Assembly: GCA_046761065.1 (NCBI GenBank) | Contig: JBHIFL010000080.1 | Span: forward strand, 1-18,142 | Length of the DNA stretch: 18,142 bases | Source: Candidatus Heimdallarchaeota archaeon | GTDB taxonomy: Archaea > Asgardarchaeota > Wukongarchaeia > Wukongarchaeales > JBHIFL01 | Reading direction: 5' to 3' | Shown: positions 1 to 8,595 of the stretch, one piece after another | Layout: each line of letters begins with the position of its first letter | How positions within the stretch are numbered: position 1 is the stretch's first letter | Made by a program: the position numbers and the translations under genes | Notes under the pieces: model-generated | What the model saw: only the letters and a program-made list of their open reading frames with translations | The model's database searches: none | Told to the model about the DNA's origin: nothing

Positions 1-186
1 CTCTTTTTTGTGGGAAAGGAAGCCAAATTTAAGCAGATGCTCATTTTTACTCATCATATAATCTATAATAAATGAGCCCTAATCCTTATTTCACAGAGTA
101 CAGTGTCTCAGCTATTCCAATAAAAAATAACTCTTAGAAGTTCAGTAAACGATGGAAGAAGGCACTCCTTTTTAACAGGTGGTAGA

Positions 187-1725
187 TCACTTCTTGAGTT
201 CAGCAATGAACATCGGGGGATAACAAAAATATGCAATGGAACAGTTTTCTCCGAAATATTTCTTACTTGCATCTATAGCATCGTCCAAGTCTTTAGCATA
301 TTCGAATCCTAGGCGTTCCAAGGCTCTTCTACTCTTAGCCCCCGCAACGATCACCTTTCCCACGTTTTGGAGACCTAAAACCGAAAAATAGTAAGTCATC
401 AGCACGTGGGTCCTATGATAAGCGAATTTGTTGCGATATTGTTCCGAATACGTCTCGTTATTCAGATAGGTTTTCTCTACATGTGTAAGGTTGAATATAT
501 CCGGTTTTTTTGGCAATACCTCCTCATAGAAATCGATGTAGGAAGGGTGCTGTTTTGGATCGAACTTTTCATGAACAGGGTGCAAAATTATGATTATGCC
601 TCCTCTTTTTAATGGAGGCATCACACCAGTGAATAAGTTGTAATAATATCCCAAAACAATGTCATGAAGAAGGAGAGGATTGATAATAGAATCTATACTA
701 TAAGGCGAATAATTTGTGACCCCGAAGATAATAACATCGTATTGCTTATCCACAGGCACAGCCAACTGCTTTTTTAATAATTTGAGAGTTTCACTATGAG
801 CGTTCTCAATATCTCCCGCAAAAACTCCAATCAACTTATAATCAGCCTTGTACCTACGTCTCACATAAGCTTTTAGAAAGCCCGGCATACGCCTTATCGT
901 GGAAAGGGCGATCTTTCGCCATAAGGGCAACCTCTGATGGTCCTCTCCTAAAGGTCGATACAACTTTTCATAGAGACTATTGTAAATTTTGTTGTTCAAA
1001 ACCATTTCAATGGTGAAAACCTTAATTCTTTCCTTTATTTCTCTCCCCATCGCCCAGATGATTCGGTGCATCCCAGAAACCTGTGGATCCATAAAGGAAC
1101 CCTCCCTCAACACTACGGGAGAATGGCTTGGAATGATTGTCTTGTAGCTCCCGAGTCCAACGATAATGGACTTCCAGCCGCCACTTAGAGGACCAAAGGT
1201 TATATTCAAATAAACTATGAGATCCGCTTCTGCAACGACCCGGTTAATCTCTATCTCATACCCTTCCTTCGTTTTTCCCAAAACAACAAGATTTGTTTTA
1301 TCATCTGCATCATGATTAGTAATTTGATCTTTATACTCGCTGAAAATCCTCTTTCCCAGAAGGTGAGCGAGCTCTTTTGGCTTACATTTTCTATGTAAAC
1401 CGGAAGCACACATAAAAAGAAGATTCTCCCGTTTCAAGCCTAGGACCTTAAGTTTTTCCAAAACCACCTCGGCTGCTATAGCCCTTACATCGGCTTTCAT
1501 CGGAGGTAGAGGGATACTCATATTATCAAAACAGATTACAACTCGAGAATTCTTATCAATTAAATCTTCTAGTTTTTGGGATCCGATCGGATTCTCCACT
1601 GCTTTCCTAATTGCGACCTTCTCATTTTCCAACGCAGGGAGAGGTTTTGGAGCATAAAAGATTTTAGTTTGCTCAGGGAAATCGTAAACCAAAGCATTGT
1701 CCCCATAAAATATAATTTCTTTCAA
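187..1725 (-). CDS. LarA/DUF2088 (nickel-pincer lactate racemase superfamily) protein, divergent
   Basis: 512 aa, TTG start. LarA-like motifs: 'AVENPIGS..LEDL', 'ASGLHR' (H108-like), 'NHDADD', 'SGGWKS' (K184-like) with a His exactly 16 residues later (H200-like), 'VFAGD..AH', 'GGIII'. Confidence 0.8.
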   Translation of the reverse strand: MKEIIFYGDNALVYDFPEQTKIFYAPKPLPALENEKVAIRKAVENPIGSQKLEDLIDKNSRVVICFDNMSIPLPPMKADVRAIAAEVVLEKLKVLGLKRENLLFMCASGLHRKCKPKELAHLLGKRIFSEYKDQITNHDADDKTNLVVLGKTKEGYEIEINRVVAEADLIVYLNITFGPLSGGWKSIIVGLGSYKTIIPSHSPVVLREGSFMDPQVSGMHRIIWAMGREIKERIKVFTIEMVLNNKIYNSLYEKLYRPLGEDHQRLPLWRKIALSTIRRMPGFLKAYVRRRYKADYKLIGVFAGDIENAHSETLKLLKKQLAVPVDKQYDVIIFGVTNYSPYSIDSIINPLLLHDIVLGYYYNLFTGVMPPLKRGGIIIILHPVHEKFDPKQHPSYIDFYEEVLPKKPDIFNLTHVEKTYLNNETYSEQYRNKFAYHRTHVLMTYYFSVLGLQNVGKVIVAGAKSRRALERLGFEYAKDLDDAIDASKKYFGENCSIAYFCYPPMFIAELKK

Positions 1726-1944
1726 TCAGACCCACTCTTCAAATGCCTCTTCAATTTCAACATCTCAACAAGCTAAAACTTGCTTAATTTTTCATAAGGT
1801 TGTGTGAAGAAAATTGGATACCTTTATCTCAATAAATGAATAATAAAATAATTTCATAAAAAAGATGGATCATGTTTACCCTTAAGGAATCTAGGAGATA
1901 AATATGGAGTGTGGAAAGCGTTGAAGAACAAGAAAGATCCCAAT

Positions 1945-3258
1945 ATGAAAAACCCCTATAAGTTTGCTACTAAAGTGATTCATGCTGGTCAATCCCCCGA
2001 TGAAACCACTGGGGCACTTCTTCCCCCGATTTATGCCACTGCAACATATGTGTGGGATGAAGTTGGAAAACCAAAGAGCCATAAATATTCTCGGGCATCA
2101 AACCCGACTCGCGATGTTTTAGAGCAACTTGTGGCGGCGTTAGAGGGCTCTCAATATGGAGTGGCATTTGCCTCGGGTATGGCAGCTATTGATGGAGTTA
2201 TTCGTGCATGTCTTCAGGCGGGGGACCATGTGGTAGTTAGTGACGATGTTTATGGAGGCGTCTATCGGCTTTTTGAGAAGATATTACGAAAATATGAACT
2301 GATGTTCACTTATGTAGATACAACAAATCCTGAAAACGTGGAAAACGCTATTCGAGACGAAACACGGATGATATGGTTAGAAACGCCTACAAATCCGCTC
2401 CTGAAGGTTTCAGATCTTGAAGCGATTTCAAACATAGTACAACAAGCCAATCTCCAACGATTACCTCAAGGGGAGCAAGTTGAGGAACAGATTCCAGAGA
2501 CACGGATACTTACGACGGTGGACAACACATTTATGTCACCCTATTTCTTCCAACCATTCAAATGGGGAGCAGACATAAGTGTGCATAGTACAACGAAATA
2601 TCTCAGTGGTCATGACCAGCTCATTGGGGGGATTGTGGTCGTTCGAGATGATCCAACACGGTGGTACTATAAACAACGTCCTGTCGAAGGTTCTGTCTTC
2701 GTCGAAGCGGGTATAGAACCTCCAAAGGGAGAAAGACAAACTGAACTAGTTAATACAATCTATCAGGAGGTAAAATTTGTAAACCAAACAGCCGGTTCAA
2801 TACCTGGCCCCTTTGATTGCTGGTTAACCATCCTTGGGATCAAAACGCTTGCACTTCGAATGAAACGCCACGAAGAGAATGCCCGCGAGATTGTCAGCTT
2901 TCTTACGCAACATCCCAAAGTAGAACGTGTCTATTATCCGGGGCTAGAAGAACATAAAAATCATGCCATTGCCAAACGACAGATGACCGGATTTGGGGGG
3001 ATGGTCTCCTTCGAACTTAAAGGAGGGCTGGATGCCGGTATCAAGTTAATGAATCAGGTAAAGTTATGGAGCCTTGCCGGATCGTTGGGAGCTGTTGAAT
3101 CCCTGATCACACATCCAGCGACCATGACTCATGCTTCTATTCCGCGAGATGTTCGGTTAGCCCATGGGATTGCTGATGGGCTTATTCGCCTGTCTGTGGG
3201 AATTGAAGATCCAGGCGATCTTATTGCTGATTTACAACAAGCTTTGGAAGATTTCTGA
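1945..3258 (+). CDS. Cys/Met metabolism PLP-dependent enzyme (cystathionine gamma-synthase/gamma-lyase family)
   Basis: Motifs 'ATKVIHAG', 'YSRASNPT', 'FASGMAAI', 'YGG', 'ETPTNP', 'VDNTF', PLP lysine 'HSTTKYLSGH', 'GGMVSFEL', 'RLSVGIE'. ATG 1945 preferred over GTG 1909 because family similarity starts just after it. Confidence 0.92.
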   Translation: MKNPYKFATKVIHAGQSPDETTGALLPPIYATATYVWDEVGKPKSHKYSRASNPTRDVLEQLVAALEGSQYGVAFASGMAAIDGVIRACLQAGDHVVVSDDVYGGVYRLFEKILRKYELMFTYVDTTNPENVENAIRDETRMIWLETPTNPLLKVSDLEAISNIVQQANLQRLPQGEQVEEQIPETRILTTVDNTFMSPYFFQPFKWGADISVHSTTKYLSGHDQLIGGIVVVRDDPTRWYYKQRPVEGSVFVEAGIEPPKGERQTELVNTIYQEVKFVNQTAGSIPGPFDCWLTILGIKTLALRMKRHEENAREIVSFLTQHPKVERVYYPGLEEHKNHAIAKRQMTGFGGMVSFELKGGLDAGIKLMNQVKLWSLAGSLGAVESLITHPATMTHASIPRDVRLAHGIADGLIRLSVGIEDPGDLIADLQQALEDF

Positions 3259-3342
3259 TTTTCTAACTACACTACTTGTTAAGTGTTATAAAAAAAGAAG
3301 GGAGATGTTGTAATGTCTCCACGATGAAAGTAGCATAGTAAT

Positions 3343-3441
3343 CTACGATCGGTGTTTTCTGAAAATAATTATGATTACAGCAAGCCCAATAAGGGCTGGG
3401 AGGGACGAGAATCCCGGAAAGAACTCATTTGAGCCTTTATT
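3343..3441 (-). pseudogene. Orphan PGF-CTERM-like sorting signal (remnant 3' end of a cell-surface protein gene)
   Basis: Manual translation of the minus strand gives NKGSNEFFPGFSSLPALIGLAVIIIIFRKHRS*: PGF, a hydrophobic helix, a basic tail and a stop. An in-frame TAA at 3442-3444 lies just upstream, and there is no passenger domain. Confidence 0.65.
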
Positions 3442-3546
3442 TTAAAAACACAGCAATCGTTGTAGATTATGATTCATTCCAAACTATTGAATGACATAAT
3501 CCTTAATCATTCATACTTCTTTTTTATAGCTCCTCATTCTCGATGC

Positions 3547-4796
3547 TCAAGTTCCAAGATCAGGTACCTCAATTCTCGTGGGGTCACTTACGACGCGGTA
3601 GTATATAATGGCACCTACGAGAATCATTGCTCCCAAAGATAGCCCTACAAACTCATAATCCCACAATAGTAACATCCAGCCTCCTATACCTGCTCCAAGC
3701 GCTGAGCCTATATTAGCGGCCACAGAATTCAATGACATCATGGTACCCCTGAAGTTTGGCACTTGTTCCAGTGTTAAACTATATGCCGTAGTAATCATCA
3801 TGCCGAAAAACAAACAACTTAGGTACTCAAGAGCTATGGACAGCCAAAGATTGGGCACGTTCGTAAAAGAACACATGAAAATGCCAGTGATGAAGCCCGT
3901 TAAGATCGTTACTAGCTTCCTCCCAAACTGGGTTACAAATTGACCGATAACTAAGGTTCCGATTGTAAAGGATAAGGCGGCACCTACGAATATAATGGAC
4001 GCGAACTCTGTAGATACTGGAAAGTGTTCCCTGTAAAATGATGTACTGTAGACCAGAATAACCTGAAATCCGGCCATTGCAAGTGCATTACCTACAAAAC
4101 AAGCAATCGCTGACCAGTTGGCGAAGACGCCTTTAAATGCCTCCAAATACTTCCCTTTGCTCTCCGGGGGTTGATTGCCCCGGTGTTGAGAGGAAGAGGG
4201 CACCCCTTGAACCGCCATCAAGAAACCTAGGAGCGACACGGGGAGACGATTCCAAGGAATGCCCAGTGCCATCCTTCCTCCCCTCCTACTCCGGCGATAA
4301 AACCAATTATTGGTGCTCCAATCACGTATGCTAGGGATGCGCTGGCATTAACCGATCCAATTGTACTTGCTCGCTTCTCAAGAGGGAAATGAGCTCCAAT
4401 TAGTGCAAAAATCATTGGTGTGACCATAGCCATCCCTAATCCAGTTATAGAAAAAGTTATGAGCATCATATTGAAATTCAAAGCAAATGAGCAACCTAAA
4501 GCAGAGATGCAGAAGAATAAAAGCCCCGACAAGAGTAACGATTTATGTTGGTACCGAACACTCAATACCCCCATGAATAAAGCAGCGATAGCTGCGATAA
4601 ATGCAGCTGCAGTTTGAAGCTGGCCTGTTACGCCGACTGGATGGTCAAAAGTGTTACCGATGTCGATGAGAAGTAGTCCTGTTAGAATGAATGGGGGCTG
4701 TATTGCAACGTTAGATATGGCCAGTGAGGGAAGGAGAAGCCGTCTGGGTGAATGATTTTCTTCAGTAAGCCGTAAATTATCGTTCAATTTTACCAC
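3547..4796 (-). pseudogene. MFS transporter split by a 1-nt frameshift (or sequencing error)
   Basis: ORF 4227..4796 has the N-half TM helices ('G...WHWAFLG'). ORF 3547..4272 has the C-half ('QFGRK', 'VPNFRGTMMSLNS'). Restoring one base near 4245 gives ...FLGIVLPVSLLGFLMA... and a single protein of about 416 aa. Confidence 0.85.
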
Positions 4797-4957
4797 ATCT
4801 CCATTTCTACTCTCAGAGTGGATTCAATTAGAGATCAACAATTATATGGGTCAGTAGAACCATAAAATCAAGTATATACTGTTTAATTTTTAATATGTTA
4901 TGTTGAAAATTTAAATAATACCAAAATTATGGACAGATTGAAATAACGTGATAAGTG

Positions 4958-6295
4958 ATGACCGATAATTACTTCAAGCAATATAATCACTTGCCAGAGG
5001 CGTTACAAGAGGGTATCAATCCTGATGAGCACATCATTGGGATCTATATGGTACAACTACCCTCCCGGATGGATCCTTGGCTTATTGGCCATGCAATCGC
5101 GCAGGAACAAAGTACGGGGACGTGGGTACCTGTTCCCGAGAATACACCCGAACTGATGGCTACATATGGGGCGAAGGTCATTGGGGTTTATGAAGTCCCA
5201 AGCTATGAATATGAAGTTCCAAAAGAGGTTCATGAACGCAATTATATCTTTCAAGTAGCCTTTCCGATATGTAATCAAACAGATCAAATCCCTCTCATGC
5301 TTACAGCCATAATAGGGAACATTTCAATGGGGGGGAAACTCAAACTCTTAGATATTCGCTTCCCCAGAAAATGGTTGAAAACCTTCAAAGGTCCTAAGTT
5401 TGGGATCGAGGGCATTCGAAAGCTGCTCAAAGTTCCAGATCGCCCCTTGCTTAACAACATGATTAAACCTTGTTCCGGTTGGACTCCCGAACAAGGCGCG
5501 CAACTATTCTATCGCGCAGCGGTAGGGGGGTGCGATGTGGTTAAAGATGATGAACTAATCGCGAACATGGATTATTGTCAGATTGTTGATCGTGTTACAT
5601 TGTTTATGGAGGAAGTTGATCGTGCGCGAGATGAAAAGGGGGAGGAAACCCTCTATACTGTTAATATAACGGATCGAATACCTAAGTTAAAGGAAAACGC
5701 ATATGCTGTTCAAGAAGCGGGGGGCAATGCGCTCATGGTGAATTACCTGGTTATTGGACTTTCAGCTCTTCGCTGGTTAGCTGAAGACCCAGAACTCAAA
5801 CTGCCTATCCTTGCACACATGGATTTCGCGGGGGTTTGGTATATGTCTCCTTATCACGGGGTCTCGTCTTTCTTAACTTTAGGAAAATTGGCACGGATTG
5901 CTGGATCGGACATCGTAGTTTATCCAGCCCCGTATGGGAAAGCACCTAATCTTGAAATGAACTTCAAAGCAGTTGCGAAAGCCATGCGGTATCGGATGTA
6001 TCATTTGAAGCCGACATTACCTATGCCGAGTGGAGGCATAACACCGGGAATGGTGCCTCGGGTTATACGTGATCTAGGCAATGATATCATGATTGGATCC
6101 GGCGGAGGAATCCATGCTCACCCTGATGGCCCCATTGCTGGAGCTAAAGCGTTTCGACAAGCAATAGATATTTGTATGAAAGACTTAGCTGCTGCGTTGG
6201 ATGATTTTGATGATTATGTTGAGGAACATGAAGACGAATATCCTGAGTTAGCAAAAGCCATGGAGGAGTGGGGTCTCAAAGAAACCAAGTTTTAA
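4958..6295 (+). CDS. RuBisCO-like protein (form IV RLP)
   Basis: Retains 'EQSTGTW', 'GN', 'GPKFGIEG', 'KDDE', loop-6 'YGK', 'PSGG' and 'GGGIHAHPDG'. KPK becomes KPC, HR becomes HM and the H327 position is not His, so it is not a form I-III carboxylase. ATG 4958 directly follows GTG 4955. Confidence 0.92.
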   Translation: MTDNYFKQYNHLPEALQEGINPDEHIIGIYMVQLPSRMDPWLIGHAIAQEQSTGTWVPVPENTPELMATYGAKVIGVYEVPSYEYEVPKEVHERNYIFQVAFPICNQTDQIPLMLTAIIGNISMGGKLKLLDIRFPRKWLKTFKGPKFGIEGIRKLLKVPDRPLLNNMIKPCSGWTPEQGAQLFYRAAVGGCDVVKDDELIANMDYCQIVDRVTLFMEEVDRARDEKGEETLYTVNITDRIPKLKENAYAVQEAGGNALMVNYLVIGLSALRWLAEDPELKLPILAHMDFAGVWYMSPYHGVSSFLTLGKLARIAGSDIVVYPAPYGKAPNLEMNFKAVAKAMRYRMYHLKPTLPMPSGGITPGMVPRVIRDLGNDIMIGSGGGIHAHPDGPIAGAKAFRQAIDICMKDLAAALDDFDDYVEEHEDEYPELAKAMEEWGLKETKF

Positions 6296-6485
6296 TTCCA
6301 TTTGGCTTCATTTTTCAGTAAGATGAACGAGGAGGAAAAGTACTAAAACGAAAGAAAAGATAAGAAATAGTGATCGTTCTTAAAGGAATGCATTCTTAAA
6401 CGCTTCAATAAAACCTCATATTTATTTAGTCATCTACATCAATCATCCGATCTATGAGAAGTATTGTTGGTAAATAAGTGGAAGG

Positions 6486-6505
6486 TGAATTTGAACATAA
6501 ATTCA
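6486..6505. promoter_or_regulatory. Inverted repeat TGAATTT-N6-AAATTCA, possible transcription-factor site upstream of the 6527 gene
   Basis: Perfect 7-bp arms, about 20 nt upstream of the ATG and just before a GAGGT RBS. Confidence 0.3.
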
Positions 6506-6526
6506 GTCTGTTTATGAGGTAAACAC

Positions 6527-7138
6527 ATGAGTGCTGGAAGAATAATTGGAATAGCAACGTTATTTTCCCTTATTTGCATTATTATACTATCTGCCTACGG
6601 ATATTTTGCTTATGCTCCTGTTCCAATACTTGTTGGAACATTTTTTGTCGGGTTCGTTACAAAAGAAGTTAAAGGTGGTGCTATTATAGGCATTATTACA
6701 GCCATTAGTGTGCTGATAGTCTTAGGTATTATTTTCTCCGTGCTTTTCTTTTTAGCTATAATTGTTGGTGTCCTCGCATTTTTGATTTGGCCATTGTTTT
6801 CAGCAGTAACTACGATCATGGAATTGGTGGAGATTATTTTTATCACACTAGCTTATTCTATCATTTTTAGTCCAGTTATGGGTTCAATTGGGGGATTCGT
6901 TGGAAGATTGTTCTTTAGTATAGATGAGCAACAGGCTTCTTTAACCCGAATCCCGACGACTCAAGCCCCGCCAACTCGAGCTCCACCAACTAAGGCACCT
7001 ACAAAATCCCAATTCCCTCCAGGCTTTGAAAACCTTTCTCACATCAAGCCTCCTAATACTATTAGTTGTCCTTCGTGTGGAACTCTAAATTACCCAAACT
7101 CTAACTTTTGTAAGAACTGTGGAACTCGTTTACAATAA
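6527..7138 (+). CDS. Multi-pass membrane protein with Pro/Thr-rich linker and C-terminal zinc ribbon
   Basis: About 4-5 hydrophobic segments in the first ~130 aa, then a PPT-rich linker, then 'CPSCG...NFCKNCG' (2x CxxC). GAGGT RBS upstream. Confidence 0.85.
   Translation: MSAGRIIGIATLFSLICIIILSAYGYFAYAPVPILVGTFFVGFVTKEVKGGAIIGIITAISVLIVLGIIFSVLFFLAIIVGVLAFLIWPLFSAVTTIMELVEIIFITLAYSIIFSPVMGSIGGFVGRLFFSIDEQQASLTRIPTTQAPPTRAPPTKAPTKSQFPPGFENLSHIKPPNTISCPSCGTLNYPNSNFCKNCGTRLQ
6953..7006 (+). repeat. Imperfect 15-bp coding tandem repeat (xAPPT units)
   Basis: Encodes PTTQAPPTRAPPTKAPTK; DNA units caagccccgccaact / cgagctccaccaact / aaggcacctaca. Confidence 0.6.
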
Positions 7139-7181
7139 GTTAGATATGAACTAAGCTATAATTTTAAGAGTAAATCGATAG

Positions 7182-7511
7182 TTATCTTCGCATCAACAGA
7201 TCATCAGCTCTTTCGAATTTCTTCTGAGCCTCATCATGCTGACCTAACTCGGCCAATATAGCACCCCAAACATAAAGTGGGCGGGGATCATTTGGTTGGA
7301 GCTGATGAGCTCGCTTAAGTTTTTCGATAGCCTCTTCAAATCGATTCAATAAACCTAACACAACACCCCAGTAATAAAGCACAATAGCGTTATCGGAATG
7401 GAGTTGGTATGCTTGTTGGAATAGTTTTAGGGCTTTGTTTGGCTCACGAAGAAAAATATTTAGCAATTGCTCAATTTGAAAATCAGATTTTTTTGTAGAG
7501 CCAGTTCCCAT
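7182..7511 (-). CDS. Small tetratricopeptide-repeat (TPR) protein
   Basis: About 2.5 TPRs with 34-aa spacing: 'VLYYWGVVLGLLNRFEEAIEKLKRAHQLQPND' and 'PLYVWGAILAELGQHDEAQKKFERA'. Confidence 0.85.
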   Translation of the reverse strand: MGTGSTKKSDFQIEQLLNIFLREPNKALKLFQQAYQLHSDNAIVLYYWGVVLGLLNRFEEAIEKLKRAHQLQPNDPRPLYVWGAILAELGQHDEAQKKFERADDLLMRR

Positions 7512-7718
7512 ATCAATCTCTCATTGAATTTGGTTTTAGAAGCTGTTAATTTTTTTAAAAAACCAGATGGGTGGTAAGATTTTAAGCTTTAAAGTCTACA
7601 AACCATTTTTTTCTCTTAGTTTTGGTTCCTTATCTTATAATTATAAACCTTGAAGATTCCCCAATTCGTACATTAGTATTCTATGCTGTTTAACGAGGCA
7701 AATTATATCTTTTACTTA

Positions 7719-8315
7719 TTATATCAGTTTCAATAATTTTGGGACCATGAAACCGGTCTTCTTCTTATACGCAAGGTATTCCTTCCCATATACAAGAATC
7801 AGTTTTCGCTCTTCAAGGTAAGCACCAATCAGTACATAACAACAGAAGGAGGCAGCGAACGTAATCACCTTGGAGAAGGGATAGATCAGTGCTAGGCCAC
7901 TAAATAGCATGATCGATGCTAGGTAAAGTGGGTGACGAATATGAGTGTAGATTCCACTCATCATAAGGTCATTTTTTCTATTTGAGCGCATATCAGCCAC
8001 GGTACTCACATCAAGGACTTTTTCTGCAGCTACGACTAAAACGACTCCTAATCCGACTAGACAAACTCCAGGAAGAAATAATGTTAAATTAATACGATTT
8101 GGTGAAGTAAAAATATAAAACCAATCAGAAAAGTTCAGTATTCTGATAGTCATAAGCAGTGCAAGCACCGAGGTTGCTGTGAAGAGTCGAGTGTACCCTT
8201 TTATTCCCAATCGTTTTACAATGCGGGATTTAACTTTTAACGTAGACAAGCCACTGTGCTGGAAGCCAAATACTCCTACACTCAAGACAATTAAAATGAA
8301 TTCAACCAATTTCAT
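7719..8315 (-). CDS. ICMT/PEMT-superfamily membrane methyltransferase (MddA/nurim-like)
   Basis: 'GIYTHIRHPLY' and 'EERKL...YG.EY..YKKKT' are ICMT-family motifs. N-terminal 'FGFQHS' resembles the MddA/nurim subgroup. Multiple TM segments. Confidence 0.85.
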   Translation of the reverse strand: MKLVEFILIVLSVGVFGFQHSGLSTLKVKSRIVKRLGIKGYTRLFTATSVLALLMTIRILNFSDWFYIFTSPNRINLTLFLPGVCLVGLGVVLVVAAEKVLDVSTVADMRSNRKNDLMMSGIYTHIRHPLYLASIMLFSGLALIYPFSKVITFAASFCCYVLIGAYLEERKLILVYGKEYLAYKKKTGFMVPKLLKLI

Positions 8316-8595
8316 GACCTAAGCTTATTAGAAGAAAGATGTCCCGATAACTTGTAAGAAAGTTCTCTATACATTTACTATTTACTTTGCCATTATATTG
8401 CGCATTTACTTATCTTTCTGGTACTAGTATGGGTGACATAGTTGGATTCCTTCTTGGAACCTGAACCTCCTGCTCCTGTATATCCTTATTAGATTCAAAT
8501 ATTTATTTCTCTCCCTACGCCTAGAATTTCTTAGTAAAGAACGCATAAATAAATGAATCAGAAGAGGGCTAATTCAAGAAGTAGATAGCCGATCC

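Noticed and set aside
2644-2755. Intein or intron in the PLP enzyme
   Set aside because: The insert is in frame and only about 35 aa, with no C/S...HN intein termini.
3301-3433. Cluster of short hairpins (GGAGA/TCTCC, AGCCC/GGGCT, GGGA/TCCC) as an ncRNA
   Set aside because: The stems are 4-5 bp and match no RNA family I recognise. The GC-rich part is better explained as PGF-CTERM coding sequence on the minus strand.
4958-6295. Bona fide CO2-fixing RuBisCO (form III), or a reductive hexulose-phosphate pathway together with the PHI-like gene
   Set aside because: The K177, R295 and H327 equivalents are substituted, which marks form IV. No PRK or HPS gene is in the window.
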